Position numbers and translations under genes: made by a program. Source: a virus. Taken from it: a stretch of DNA of 64,000 bases. Position 1 is the first letter of the stretch; each line of letters begins with the position of its first letter. This document shows positions 1 through 10,028 of this stretch, in pieces. The notes under the pieces are model-generated. The model did no database searches. It had not been told where the DNA came from and saw only the letters and a program-made list of their open reading frames with translations. The DNA is taken from IMG/VR virus record IMGVR_UViG_3300022669_000027, positions 3,302 through 67,301 of that record, one strand, 5' to 3'.

Positions 1-2
1 AC

Positions 3-1133
3 GGAGTTACTAAAATTCAAAAAGAAGAACTTCGCCAACTGGCTTCCGGGAATCCTGAAACTTTTTATGTAGTAGAGAGAATTGTCAATAAGGATCTGCG
101 TTGTGGAGTACAAGCTGCTTTAATAAATCAAGCGGTTCCTGATACTGTTTTTGTGGTGCCCTATATGCGTTGTTCCACAGAAAAGGTAGGGATCAAAAAT
201 ATTACATACGACGGTGGGGCTTTTTGTCAAAAAAAAGCTGATGGTGGATTTTGTTATGGATATAATGACAGTGAATCAGGAGAACCGTTATTGATGACCC
301 GGAACGGTAAATACATGAACATGCATGGATTTTTCAATGAAGACATTCGTAAATTGAGAAAAACTGATGAAGTGATCACAATGGAGATGACGGCTGTAGA
401 CAAACACGGCAACGATCTCCCAAGGGAAATAAGTAATGGCTTGGTCACCAAAGCTATACGGGGCACCATCACCAAAGAAGAGGCTGCGTTGTTCCGGGGA
501 CAAGCTTGGGACATCATTCCCCAAAAAGATTTTTGGAACGGACTCTTCCCCACGCCATATGAATTGCGTTGGAGGAGGGTCACATCAGTGACCCGGAATA
601 TGGATTTAATCAGTAGAATTTATTCTAGGCGCGTGTATTCGGAAGAAGAAGCCCGTATATTTTTTTCTGAAATGAGAAAAAAAGGACTTGAAGGAGCCGT
701 CCTCAAAAACAGAACTTCTCCTTGGAAATCTCACACCAGCCCTCATCAAGTAAAACTCAAAAGAAAACATTGCGCAGAATTCATCGTCACCGGATGGTAT
801 TATGGCAAACCAGGCTGGAAATATGAAAAATGTTTAGGGGGTCTTAATTTTGAATCCGTAGACGGGTTGGTGAAGTGCAATACAGGTTCTGGATTTACTG
901 ACAATGACAGGGGATTTTTGGGATTTGATAAAGACATGAATCCTTTGATAGACGAACAGATTGTGTCTGATTTGGATAAATGGATAGGGCAGATTATATC
1001 TGTAGAATTCGATTCTTTGATCAAAGACAAAAACAGAAAAGACGGAACATGGTCATTGTTTCTACCAATATTTGATAAGCCCCGCCCTGATAAAGTAAAA
1101 GCAGACAATTATGAATATTTAAGGAGTCTATAA
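3..1133 (+). CDS. lig: ATP-dependent DNA ligase (5' end lies before the window)
   Basis: KADG adenylation motif, EGAVLK motif, KLK, and an OB-fold tail (GSGFTD...SLFLPIF...RPDK). The frame of ORF 153..1133 stays open back to position 3. Confidence 0.9.
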   Translation, partial: GVTKIQKEELRQLASGNPETFYVVERIVNKDLRCGVQAALINQAVPDTVFVVPYMRCSTEKVGIKNITYDGGAFCQKKADGGFCYGYNDSESGEPLLMTRNGKYMNMHGFFNEDIRKLRKTDEVITMEMTAVDKHGNDLPREISNGLVTKAIRGTITKEEAALFRGQAWDIIPQKDFWNGLFPTPYELRWRRVTSVTRNMDLISRIYSRRVYSEEEARIFFSEMRKKGLEGAVLKNRTSPWKSHTSPHQVKLKRKHCAEFIVTGWYYGKPGWKYEKCLGGLNFESVDGLVKCNTGSGFTDNDRGFLGFDKDMNPLIDEQIVSDLDKWIGQIISVEFDSLIKDKNRKDGTWSLFLPIFDKPRPDKVKADNYEYLRSL

Positions 1134-2479
1134 TGGATTATGGGTCTTTTATATTAAATAAGCAATACCGAGTAAAAGGAGAAGGAATAAAGCCCTCTTT
1201 TTTGCCTGATTATTTATTTGATTTTCAAAAATATATAGTAGAAAAGAGTCTAGTCAACGGAAGATTCGCCGATTTCGCAGACTGTGGAATGGGGAAGACT
1301 ATTATGCAATTGGTATGGGCTGAAAATATAGTCAGACATACCAATAAACCTGTACTTGTTTTATCTCCATTATCCATCTCTCATCAAACAGTGAGAGAAG
1401 CTGAAAAATTTGGATTGGAAGCTGTCAACAGTAGGGATGGAAAAATAAAGAAAGGAATAATAACTGCTAATTATGAAAGATTAGAAAAATTTGATTTTTC
1501 GGTTTTTGGAGGCGTAGTGTGCGATGAGAGTTCCATTATAAAAAACGCAAAGGGTCAAATACGGAACGCTTTAACCAGTGCCATGAAAACGGTTCCCTAT
1601 CGACTTCTCTGTACAGCCACAGCCGCTCCCAATGATTTTATTGAATTGGGGACTTCTTCTGAGCTTTTGGGGTATTTGGGGTATGTGGACATGTTGAGTC
1701 ATTTTTTTAAAAATGACGAAGATACTATATCCCCTGCATTTTACGGATCGAAGTGGAGATTCAAACATCATGCGGAAGTGCCTTTTTGGAAATGGCTAAG
1801 TACTTGGGCACTGGCTTGTAGAAAGCCTTCTGATCTTGGATTTAAAGACGGAGAGTTTGTTTTACCCGAATTGATAGAAGAAGATCACATTATAAAAACT
1901 GAAAGAAAGAAAGGAGTATTGAGAAATCCTCCTGTAAAAGGATGGAGAGAAACGCGAGAGGACACAAAAGAGACCATAAAAGAAAGATGTGATAAAGCTG
2001 CAGAATTGTTACAAAAAGAGCAATGTGGGATAGCTTGGTGTAATTATAATTCAGAAAGTGAATATTTGAATTCCATTTTGAAAGACGGAGTTGAGGTCAC
2101 AGGATCAGATAGCGATGAGAAGAAAGAAGAAATATTTCAAGATTTTCAGAAAGGCGTTGTAAAATACCTTATAACCAAGCCCAAAATAGCAGGCTTTGGT
2201 ATGAACTGGCAGCATTGTTCTACAATGACATATTTTACGGACTATAGCTATGAAAAGAAATACCAAAGTGTCCGAAGATGTTATCGTTTCGGACAAGAAA
2301 AAGAAGTCACAGTCCATAACATTACCACGGATCGTCAGCGTCATATTTTGGAAAGAGTAAAACAAAAAGAAGCTGACTGCGTACGTATGTTTGAAGAGAT
2401 CATTCAATATATGGAATCTAAGTATTTTCATAAACAAAACCGAATTAATTCAACCATAGAATTGCCAAAATGGATTTAA
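1133..2479 (+). CDS. SNF2-like superfamily 2 helicase/ATPase
   Basis: Walker A DCGMGKT, Walker B VVCDESS, TAT motif III, GFGMNWQ and QSVRRCYRFGQ (motif VI). Confidence 0.88.
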   Translation: MDYGSFILNKQYRVKGEGIKPSFLPDYLFDFQKYIVEKSLVNGRFADFADCGMGKTIMQLVWAENIVRHTNKPVLVLSPLSISHQTVREAEKFGLEAVNSRDGKIKKGIITANYERLEKFDFSVFGGVVCDESSIIKNAKGQIRNALTSAMKTVPYRLLCTATAAPNDFIELGTSSELLGYLGYVDMLSHFFKNDEDTISPAFYGSKWRFKHHAEVPFWKWLSTWALACRKPSDLGFKDGEFVLPELIEEDHIIKTERKKGVLRNPPVKGWRETREDTKETIKERCDKAAELLQKEQCGIAWCNYNSESEYLNSILKDGVEVTGSDSDEKKEEIFQDFQKGVVKYLITKPKIAGFGMNWQHCSTMTYFTDYSYEKKYQSVRRCYRFGQEKEVTVHNITTDRQRHILERVKQKEADCVRMFEEIIQYMESKYFHKQNRINSTIELPKWI

Positions 2480-3417
2480 TAAAAGACAAGTATGCGTTGT
2501 ATAACGGGGATTGTGTAAAAGTAATGGAACAGTTCCCTAAAGAATGTATTGACTTTTCCATCTATTCCCCTCCTTTTTGCGGACTATACAATTATTCATC
2601 TTCTGATTTAGATATGAGTAATTGTGATAGTTATGAATCTTTTTTTAATCATTACAAGTATTGTGTAGAACAAATATATAGATTATTGAAACCGGGAAGG
2701 CTTTGTGCAGTGCATTGCTGTGATATCCCTATACCGGGGCAGAAAAAAGGGTATTATGATTTACCTGGAAAAATAATACAATTACATCATGACATCGGCT
2801 TTAATTTTTTTGGCAGAATAGCGATATGGAAAGAGCCTTTGCGAGTAGCTATCCGTACACGCCTTCGTCATCTTACCCATAAACAAGTAACTTCCGATTC
2901 TTCCCAATGCACGGTCGCTTCAGGTGATTTTTTAGTGATATTCAAGAAGCCGGGGGAAACAGAAGTCCCTGTGGTACATCCTACTGGGTTTATGAACTAT
3001 GCAGGGGAGACGGAAGTTCCTTCAGATATACTTAAATATAGAGGACTGAGGACACAACAAAGAAACAAATACTCTCAATGGATATGGAGACGATATGCTT
3101 CCTGTTTTTGGGATGACATTCGAATAGACAATGTACTTCCATACAAATCAGCAAAAGAACCAGATGACGAAAAACATGTACATCCTCTCCAATTGGATGT
3201 TATAGAAAGAGCTTTAATGCTGTGGACTAATCCTGGTGAAATAGTACTGTCCCCATTTGATGGTGTAGGAAGCGAGGTGTGCGGAGCTTTGTTATGCGGA
3301 AGAAAAGGAATTGGAATAGAATTGAAGAAATCGTATCATAAACAGGCTCTTAAAAATGCAAAATCTATTGAATATGGCAAAAGATTAAAATATGACAGAA
3401 AAGGATTGAGAAAATGA
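2470..3417 (+). CDS. DNA methyltransferase, N6A/N4C family (beta order)
   Basis: Catalytic SPPF near the N-terminus, HPLQL, and SAM-binding LSPFDGVGS...GIELK near the C-terminus. Confidence 0.9.
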   Translation: MDLIKDKYALYNGDCVKVMEQFPKECIDFSIYSPPFCGLYNYSSSDLDMSNCDSYESFFNHYKYCVEQIYRLLKPGRLCAVHCCDIPIPGQKKGYYDLPGKIIQLHHDIGFNFFGRIAIWKEPLRVAIRTRLRHLTHKQVTSDSSQCTVASGDFLVIFKKPGETEVPVVHPTGFMNYAGETEVPSDILKYRGLRTQQRNKYSQWIWRRYASCFWDDIRIDNVLPYKSAKEPDDEKHVHPLQLDVIERALMLWTNPGEIVLSPFDGVGSEVCGALLCGRKGIGIELKKSYHKQALKNAKSIEYGKRLKYDRKGLRK

Positions 3418-3512
3418 AAGTTATAGAGCAATCAGCCCAGGTATGGGGAGAGACACCTTTGCAATTCCAACCCGCACTTGAGCGAATTGAACGAGCTGGC
3501 AGACAATTATGA
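3414..3512 (+). pseudogene. Truncated duplicate of the thyX 5' end (32 codons)
   Basis: Encodes MKVIEQSAQVWGETPLQFQPALERIERAGRQL*. Positions 3425-3507 match 4106-4188 with one mismatch. Confidence 0.9.
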
Positions 3513-3533
3513 ATATTTAAGGAGTCTATAATG
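3499..3533 (+). repeat. 35-bp direct repeat of the ligase 3' end and RBS (copy of 1101-1135)
   Basis: gcagacaattatgaatatttaaggagtctataatg occurs identically at 1101-1135 and 3499-3533. Confidence 0.95.
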
Positions 3534-4070
3534 CTGATTGGATTAACTGGACGGGCGGGAAGCGGAAAATCTTCCGTAAGCGGTTTTCTCGAAACTAACT
3601 ATGGTTTTCATAGAAAGGCTTTCGCAGATCCTGTAAAAAAGACTGTATCTGATCTTTTCAGAATACCTATTGATTGTTTTTATGATCCTGAAGAAAAAAT
3701 AAAAACAGATCCCATGTGGAATATAACCAGGAGAAAAATCTTACAGATATTCGGTACTGAATGTATCAGGAATCATTTCGGCGCAGATTTTTGGGTGAAG
3801 CTGATGGTACTGGATATCGCCGACCTTCGGCAACGGGAAGGGAGCGGTGTGGACATCGTTATAGATGATGTCCGGTTCCCAGAAGAAGCCCGTATGATAC
3901 ACGATAACGGCGGCAAAATCATTTCAATAAAAAGACCTGACAACCCCTATGAGATAGACCAGACTCATATATCTGAAACATTCAAAACCATTCCTTTCGA
4001 TAAGGAGATTATCAATGATTACAGTCTCTTATCGTTATTTAATCAAGTTCATAACATATTCAAAGTTTAA
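3531..4070 (+). CDS. Deoxynucleoside monophosphate kinase
   Basis: IGLTGRAGSGKS P-loop, FADPVK, R.ILQ.FGTE, IDDVRFPEE and HISE motifs typical of phage dNMP kinases. Confidence 0.9.
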   Translation: MLIGLTGRAGSGKSSVSGFLETNYGFHRKAFADPVKKTVSDLFRIPIDCFYDPEEKIKTDPMWNITRRKILQIFGTECIRNHFGADFWVKLMVLDIADLRQREGSGVDIVIDDVRFPEEARMIHDNGGKIISIKRPDNPYEIDQTHISETFKTIPFDKEIINDYSLLSLFNQVHNIFKV

Positions 4071-4094
4071 TTAACAATATTAAGGAGATTTCTA

Positions 4095-4943
4095 ATGAAA
4101 ATCGCAGAGCAATCAGCCCAGGTATGGGGAGAGACACCTTTACAATTCCAACCCGCACTTGAGCGAATTGAACGAGCTGGCAGACAATGTTACCAGAGTC
4201 TGGACAAAATAGAAACAGGAACCGCCCGGCCTTTTTTGGAACGGGTACTCAAACCTGTTCCTGCTCATTTGTCAGTAACAGAGCACTCCAACATGGTATT
4301 CCGTTCCAAAAAAGTAAAATTACCTTTAGAACTGGAACAACGTGTTAAAACCAAGATTTCTTCCAATTTCATATATACAGGAATCCACAGAGACCGTGTA
4401 TATATTTTCGGTAATTTCCGGGCCTGGTATGAAATGATGAAACCTGGTTCTTTTTTTGATCTTGAAGATTCCAACTATCTCTTGCACACGGGTGTTGATT
4501 TTAAACGAGTTCTTGAAAATAAAAAACTTCCGCGCTTTGCGAAAGCTGTTACTGTGTTGTTTAAAACCGACAGGGCAGTCTCTCATGAAATAGTAAGACA
4601 TAGACCATGCGCTCAGAGCCAGGAAAGTCAGCGATATGTCAAATACGACGGAGATATGGAATTCATTGCCCCTTCGTGGTACGATTCCGCAGACTCTGCT
4701 CAAAAAGCCGTATGGGAACAATCTATGTATCTGGCAGAACACAACTACAAAAGACTCCTCCAAGGAGGACTTAAAGCCCAGGATGCGCGGACTGTTTTGC
4801 CAAATTCCACAGCTACTTCTATTGTGACGACCGCTTATCTTCCTGAATGGGATCATATCTTTTATTTACGGACTTCTTCAGCGGCCTACCCATCCATGCG
4901 TTCTCTGATGGTTTCTGCTCAGAAACAAATGAAGCGTATATGA
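4095..4943 (+). CDS. thyX: FAD-dependent thymidylate synthase ThyX
   Basis: ThyX signature HEIVRHR...SQESQRY, plus ARTVLP and LR..AAYP. Confidence 0.92.
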   Translation: MKIAEQSAQVWGETPLQFQPALERIERAGRQCYQSLDKIETGTARPFLERVLKPVPAHLSVTEHSNMVFRSKKVKLPLELEQRVKTKISSNFIYTGIHRDRVYIFGNFRAWYEMMKPGSFFDLEDSNYLLHTGVDFKRVLENKKLPRFAKAVTVLFKTDRAVSHEIVRHRPCAQSQESQRYVKYDGDMEFIAPSWYDSADSAQKAVWEQSMYLAEHNYKRLLQGGLKAQDARTVLPNSTATSIVTTAYLPEWDHIFYLRTSSAAYPSMRSLMVSAQKQMKRI

Positions 4944-5245
4944 CAATGGATAAATCAGAACGAAAAATTCCCAAAGGCTGTCCTGTATTAGGAGGGAGTT
5001 CCAAAATCAAGATAGTTAAGACAGCCTTTATTCGTGTATGCAAAGCCAAGCAATTCCCTAAAAGATCCAAAAAATCAATCGGTATTTATACTGGTATTTG
5101 TTCTAACGGTCTCATTGCTTGTAAACATTGCCCAATCGGATCTGAAGTAAATTCTGGAAAATTCAGAAGGCCGGTTCCGGGTCAGATGGAATTCATACAT
5201 CCGTATGATCTAATTCAACAAAACAACAAAGAGAATAAATTATGA
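4940..5245 (+). CDS. Hypothetical Cys-containing protein
   Basis: Fills the gap between thyX and nrdJ with ATGA overlaps at both ends. The start is probably MTMDK rather than 4847. Confidence 0.55.
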   Translation: MTMDKSERKIPKGCPVLGGSSKIKIVKTAFIRVCKAKQFPKRSKKSIGIYTGICSNGLIACKHCPIGSEVNSGKFRRPVPGQMEFIHPYDLIQQNNKENKL

Positions 5246-7410
5246 ATACTGCCGTTAAAGCTCGAAAATTAACAGAAACTGCGGAAATCGTACTGGCACG
5301 TCGTTATTATCTCAAGGACGGCAACGGCACTGTCCTGGAAAATTGGGAAACGCTCTGTCGGCGGGTTGCGGATGCCGTTGTAGAAGTGGACAGCGACCAG
5401 GAAGATTATCCTGCTCTGCGGGAGGCTTTCTTTGAGATGATCTATCGGCTCGATTTTCTGCCCAACTCACCCTGCCTTATGAATGCAGGCACAGATTTAG
5501 GGCAGCTTTCCGCCTGTTTTGTCCTGCCGGTGGAGGACTCTATGGACGGCATTTTCACCTCCATCCGTAACGGTGCGCTGGTGCATAAAACCGGCGGTGG
5601 AACCGGATATTCTTTTTCCCGCCTCCGCCCCAAGAATTCAGCTGTCCGTTCCACTCAAGGGGTTGCTTCCGGGCCGCTCAGTTTTGCTGCGGTCTTTGAT
5701 GCGGCCACCGAAACCATCAAGCAGGGAGGCAAACGGCGGGGGGCAAATATGGGCGTACTGCGGGTTGATCATCCGGATATCCTCGATTTCATCACGGCGA
5801 AGGAAGACCAGACCCGATTCACTAATTTCAATTTTTCCGTGGCCATCACCGATACCTTTATGGAGGCGGTGAAGAACAATCAGGAGTACGATTTGATTGA
5901 TCCCTCGATCCCTGAGGCAGTGGGCTCTTTGGACGCCAACGAAGTCTTTGACAAGATCGCCAGTAACGCATGGCATAACGGCGAGCCGGGTGTACTGTTT
6001 ATCGATGAGGCCAACCGAGCCAATGCCACGCCCCAGCTTGGTGACTTCGAGGCAGTGAATCCCTGCGGCGAACAGTTTCTTTTACCTTATGAATCCTGCA
6101 ACTTAGGCTCCATTAATCTTGCCAACTACTGGTTGGGTGAGGAGGTTGACTGGGACAGGCTGGCAGGCACCGTAAGCCTTGCTGTCCGGTTCCTCGACAA
6201 CGTGATCGACTGCAACCGATTTCCGATCCGAGAAATCGAAGAGACGACCCTGAGAACCCGGAAGATCGGCCTCGGCATCATGGGGCTGCACGATATGCTT
6301 ATTCAGATGGGACGGTCCTATGGAAGCGAGGAGGGCAGGGAAGCCTCTGCGGAAGTGATACGCTTTATCAAGGACCAGGCAGAGGTTGCGTCTGCCCTAC
6401 TCGCTATGCGGAAAGGGTCATTTCCGGCATATGACCCGGAGGTCAATCTATATACGGCCCGCCGCAATGCCGCCTTGACATCTATCCAGCCCACAGGAAC
6501 CGTCTCCATGATCGCTGACTGTGCCTCCGGCTGTGAACCATATTTTTCCGTGGTGACGGAAAAAAATGTGATGGACGGCGACAAGTTTCTGATGGTCAAT
6601 AAGCATTTTGAAGCTGTTGCTCGGCGGGAGGGATTTTTTTCCGAAGCCCTGATGAAAAAAATCGCTCAGAGCGGCACCGTGCTGGGGCATGACGAAATTC
6701 CGAAGAAGTGGCAGGAGGTGTTCCGATCAGCTCAGGATATCGCCCCGGAGGACCACATTGCGATGCAGGCCGCACTCCAGACAAACGGCGTGGACTCTTC
6801 GATCAGCAAGACAGTCAACATGCCAGCGAATACCGTGGCTGAGGATGTAAAGGGGGCATACCTCCAGGCATGGGAGACCAAATGTAAGGGCCTGACAGTC
6901 TACCGGGACGGTTCCCGTGATGCCCAGGTCCTCAATACGGTGGGCACAGACAAGAAGATGGCTACAGTCTCTGGCCGGGGACTCCTGCACAAAACCGAGC
7001 TGCCCGATGTGCTCAGCGCTAAACGGTACCGCCTGAAGGACGTCAACGGCAATGCCATTTATATTATTGTCTGTTTTGCCGAAAATGAGACGCCGATGGA
7101 GGTTTTTGCCAAGTTTCCATTTGACAACCAGGTTGATCTGAAAGACAAGTCCACTATGTGGACAACCACCTGCCGTTTAGTATCTACGTCTTTACGATAT
7201 GAAATTCCTATGGAGGAGATAATCAAACAGCTTGACCGCTCCAGCGGACATATGCTTGACTTGCCCGCTCAATTGAGTAAACTGCTCAAGTCGTTCATGG
7301 CAGGAACCCGGAACGGATTTTCTTCTGCCTGCCCGGAATGTTCCGGAAAACTGGTTTTCGAGGAAGGCTGTGAGGCCTGCCGGGAATGCGGCTACTCCAA
7401 ATGTTCTTGA
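5242..7410 (+). CDS. nrdJ: Class II (adenosylcobalamin-dependent) ribonucleotide reductase with a C-terminal TSCPD/Zn-ribbon domain
   Basis: FLPNSP.LMNAG, LSACFV, GGGTG, NPCGEQ.L..YESCNLGSINL, IQPTGT, DSSISKT, and C-terminal CPEC...EGC..C..CGYSKC. Confidence 0.93.
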   Translation: MNTAVKARKLTETAEIVLARRYYLKDGNGTVLENWETLCRRVADAVVEVDSDQEDYPALREAFFEMIYRLDFLPNSPCLMNAGTDLGQLSACFVLPVEDSMDGIFTSIRNGALVHKTGGGTGYSFSRLRPKNSAVRSTQGVASGPLSFAAVFDAATETIKQGGKRRGANMGVLRVDHPDILDFITAKEDQTRFTNFNFSVAITDTFMEAVKNNQEYDLIDPSIPEAVGSLDANEVFDKIASNAWHNGEPGVLFIDEANRANATPQLGDFEAVNPCGEQFLLPYESCNLGSINLANYWLGEEVDWDRLAGTVSLAVRFLDNVIDCNRFPIREIEETTLRTRKIGLGIMGLHDMLIQMGRSYGSEEGREASAEVIRFIKDQAEVASALLAMRKGSFPAYDPEVNLYTARRNAALTSIQPTGTVSMIADCASGCEPYFSVVTEKNVMDGDKFLMVNKHFEAVARREGFFSEALMKKIAQSGTVLGHDEIPKKWQEVFRSAQDIAPEDHIAMQAALQTNGVDSSISKTVNMPANTVAEDVKGAYLQAWETKCKGLTVYRDGSRDAQVLNTVGTDKKMATVSGRGLLHKTELPDVLSAKRYRLKDVNGNAIYIIVCFAENETPMEVFAKFPFDNQVDLKDKSTMWTTTCRLVSTSLRYEIPMEEIIKQLDRSSGHMLDLPAQLSKLLKSFMAGTRNGFSSACPECSGKLVFEEGCEACRECGYSKCS

Positions 7411-7497
7411 TTTTATTGTATGATAGGGAACGGATGGACGATTGATATTATTGCTCATATTTTAAAAAACAGCATATATGCTAAAGGAGAAAAATAG

Positions 7498-7989
7498 ATG
7501 AGTACTTCTGACAAATACGTTCGGCCAGAATGGGATGAGTATTTTATGGAAATGACCAATACTGTTTCCAAACGAGCTACTTGTGACAGGGGGCGGAGCG
7601 GATGCGTAGTGGTCAAAGATTGTCAAATACTAGTCAGCGGATATGTGGGTTCCCCTCCGGGATTTCCTCATTGCGATGATGTAGGCCATCAATTTAAGCA
7701 AACAATCCATGAAGATGGCTCTGTATCAGATCATTGTGTACGTACAGTTCACGCAGAACAAAACGCCATTTGTCAAGCTGCAAAAAAGGGAATATCTTTG
7801 AACGGAGCCACCTTATATTGTAGAATGACTCCTTGCAGAATATGCGCAATGTTAATCATAAGCTGCGGCATATCACGGGTAGTTTGTGAAAATAGATATC
7901 ATGCAGGCAAAGAATCAGAAGAGATGTTTTCGGAAGCCGGTATAAAACTGGAAATCCAATCTGAAGACGTGCTTGTTTACAAAAAATAA
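7498..7989 (+). CDS. dCMP deaminase
   Basis: RP.WDEYFM, RATC, HAEQNAI and PCRIC zinc-deaminase motifs. Confidence 0.92.
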   Translation: MSTSDKYVRPEWDEYFMEMTNTVSKRATCDRGRSGCVVVKDCQILVSGYVGSPPGFPHCDDVGHQFKQTIHEDGSVSDHCVRTVHAEQNAICQAAKKGISLNGATLYCRMTPCRICAMLIISCGISRVVCENRYHAGKESEEMFSEAGIKLEIQSEDVLVYKK

Positions 7990-8003
7990 ATAGGAGATAC
8001 GAC

Positions 8004-8693
8004 ATGAAAGCGGTATATGCTATTCTGTTAGTCTGGTTAATTTCATTGACAGGCTGCGCTGACATAATGAAATTTGAACGTGCGGGATACAACGACGTCA
8101 GAATGGAACGAATCGCAACGGTGGCTATTCAGGAAGAACAAAAGACAGCAAGGGCCGCGTTGGGCTATTCTGAGGACAAAAATGGATTAATTCGTTCTTT
8201 AAAAGAGAATGGGCAAACTCCTTCCTGCAACCCATTCAATTACCCGGAGCCCACGGGAGATGCATTATTGATAAATAATCTGCTAAATGAGGCCGCCACC
8301 CATGGATTGATTCCTCCCCGAAGCCTCGGAAATAAAAATGGAAATAATGTGTCTTTATTTTCAGGGCCTATAGTCAATAGTACCATCCAAATCAATACAG
8401 GAGCTGCCAGTAAACAAACAAAGGGATCGGGAGGAAAAGAATATTCATTGGGATCCATTGCTCAATCAGCAGTCAATCGGATAGGGAGGCCAGTCAAGAC
8501 TGATGCTGAGATTGGAATAGAAGCGGGGATGGGTGTGTTAAAAGCAGTGGCATATCCTTTTGCAGGCGCGTATGTGCTCAAAGAAGCGTTCCGGGCAGCG
8601 GGGAACAAAACACATCTTAATGACAGTATGAATCAGGATAATTCAGATAATTCTGTAGACAACAGTGTAAGTGAAGAGTCCACGGAAGAATAA
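8004..8693 (+). CDS. Putative lipoprotein, function unknown
   Basis: Hydrophobic signal peptide ending in the lipobox LTGC, with a good RBS. Confidence 0.6.
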   Translation: MKAVYAILLVWLISLTGCADIMKFERAGYNDVRMERIATVAIQEEQKTARAALGYSEDKNGLIRSLKENGQTPSCNPFNYPEPTGDALLINNLLNEAATHGLIPPRSLGNKNGNNVSLFSGPIVNSTIQINTGAASKQTKGSGGKEYSLGSIAQSAVNRIGRPVKTDAEIGIEAGMGVLKAVAYPFAGAYVLKEAFRAAGNKTHLNDSMNQDNSDNSVDNSVSEESTEE

Positions 8694-8743
8694 TCGGCTG
8701 GCAAAGAAGATATCGAAGAAATCAAAGAAGGGGAATCTGAATC

Positions 8744-9385
8744 ATGACCATCAACGAATTCATGATAATACTGTATTTGGCAATGAATATAGTTCATGAA
8801 GCTCCCAACGATCCCGTAAAAGCCCAAGAAGCGATTGCTCATGTTTTGTTAAACAGAAGCAATGTATGTAATCAAACTTCTATCGTGAATACACCCGATC
8901 ATATTTCCAATGAATTGCGCAGGAATAAGCAATTCAGTTGGACTAATAAAAAATCGGACGGGGAAAGGGACGCTTTTTATGTGCTGGATTTACTGGAACC
9001 GGTATCTTTTGACTTGTTTTCTCAAGCTATGTATGCTGCGTCCAATGCTTTTGAGGAGCATAGAAAAAGGGAAGATCCTACGGGTGGGGCCTTATATTAC
9101 CATGCAAGAAAATTAAAACCTCTTCCTAAATGGACTTTACAAAAAACTGCTATTCCTTATAATTTCAAAGGAGGTCATATTTTCTATTTAGGAAATAACG
9201 GAAAATTTGATTCAGAATTTTGCGAAAAGTCTTTGGTGTCCTTGAATCCGATAAAAAGGAAGGAATGTAAAAACACCCCTCCTTTAAAATGTCCTGAATG
9301 CAAGCAAGAATCTGAGCCGCGCCCTGATCCTCGAATTGAATGGATCAAAACACAACTGTATTTAATCAGTCAACAATACCGATGA
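8744..9385 (+). CDS. Cell wall hydrolase, SleB/Hydrolase_2 family
   Basis: LAMNIVHEA...AIAHVLLNR...QFSW...DPTGGALYYHA...P.W...HIFY. Confidence 0.88.
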   Translation: MTINEFMIILYLAMNIVHEAPNDPVKAQEAIAHVLLNRSNVCNQTSIVNTPDHISNELRRNKQFSWTNKKSDGERDAFYVLDLLEPVSFDLFSQAMYAASNAFEEHRKREDPTGGALYYHARKLKPLPKWTLQKTAIPYNFKGGHIFYLGNNGKFDSEFCEKSLVSLNPIKRKECKNTPPLKCPECKQESEPRPDPRIEWIKTQLYLISQQYR

Positions 9386-9421
9386 GGGGAGCATGTGTAC
9401 AGAAATCTGTGCAGGAACCCG

Positions 9422-9997
9422 TTAATTATCTAGTACAGATTTCTGTTGTGTATATTTTTTTCTTCGTTGTTTTATCGCCAGGAGTATTAATCCGGCTATT
9501 ACAGGACAAATAACACCGAAAAATCTGTTGACCCATATATTTATGGACTTGACTGCGTTAAGACTTATTTGCACCCCTTCCGATAAAAATGCGTTTGTTT
9601 TATCTTGACTTTCCATTTTACGCAATACCCAGTCTGTTTTTTCCTTGAGGATTGCCTGACGCTCTTTTATAACAATCTGTTCCCGTTGCAACAGACTGCG
9701 CTCGGAAGCTGCTTGGGTAACTTTGATTTCCAAATCATGGTTTTTTTCTTTGATGTCCCGGATATCATTAGTTATATCTTTGGCAGTGCCTAGTCCGTCT
9801 TCCGCTATTTTTTTGAGGTCATTGAGAATAACAACTGTTTGCTGTAGATGGCTTTCTGCGGTTTCTTTCGGATCTTTGAGATAGTACTCCTCACATAATG
9901 GATCGTTATCGTCGCAATCAGGCACTCCACAAATACCAAGATCGCTACAGGAAAGGAATATGACACATGTGTATATTTTTAATGTATCTGATTTCAT
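9422..9997 (-). CDS. Coiled-coil protein with a C-terminal transmembrane segment (possible lysis/holin-related)
   Basis: Last gene of the late operon. Heptad-rich middle, then FFGVICPVIAGLILLAI and a basic tail. Start moved to MKSD, which has a GAGG RBS. Confidence 0.5.
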   Translation of the reverse strand: MKSDTLKIYTCVIFLSCSDLGICGVPDCDDNDPLCEEYYLKDPKETAESHLQQTVVILNDLKKIAEDGLGTAKDITNDIRDIKEKNHDLEIKVTQAASERSLLQREQIVIKERQAILKEKTDWVLRKMESQDKTNAFLSEGVQISLNAVKSINIWVNRFFGVICPVIAGLILLAIKQRRKKYTQQKSVLDN

Positions 9998-10028
9998 TTG
10001 CAAATGCCTCTGTTTGCGTCGATTATAA

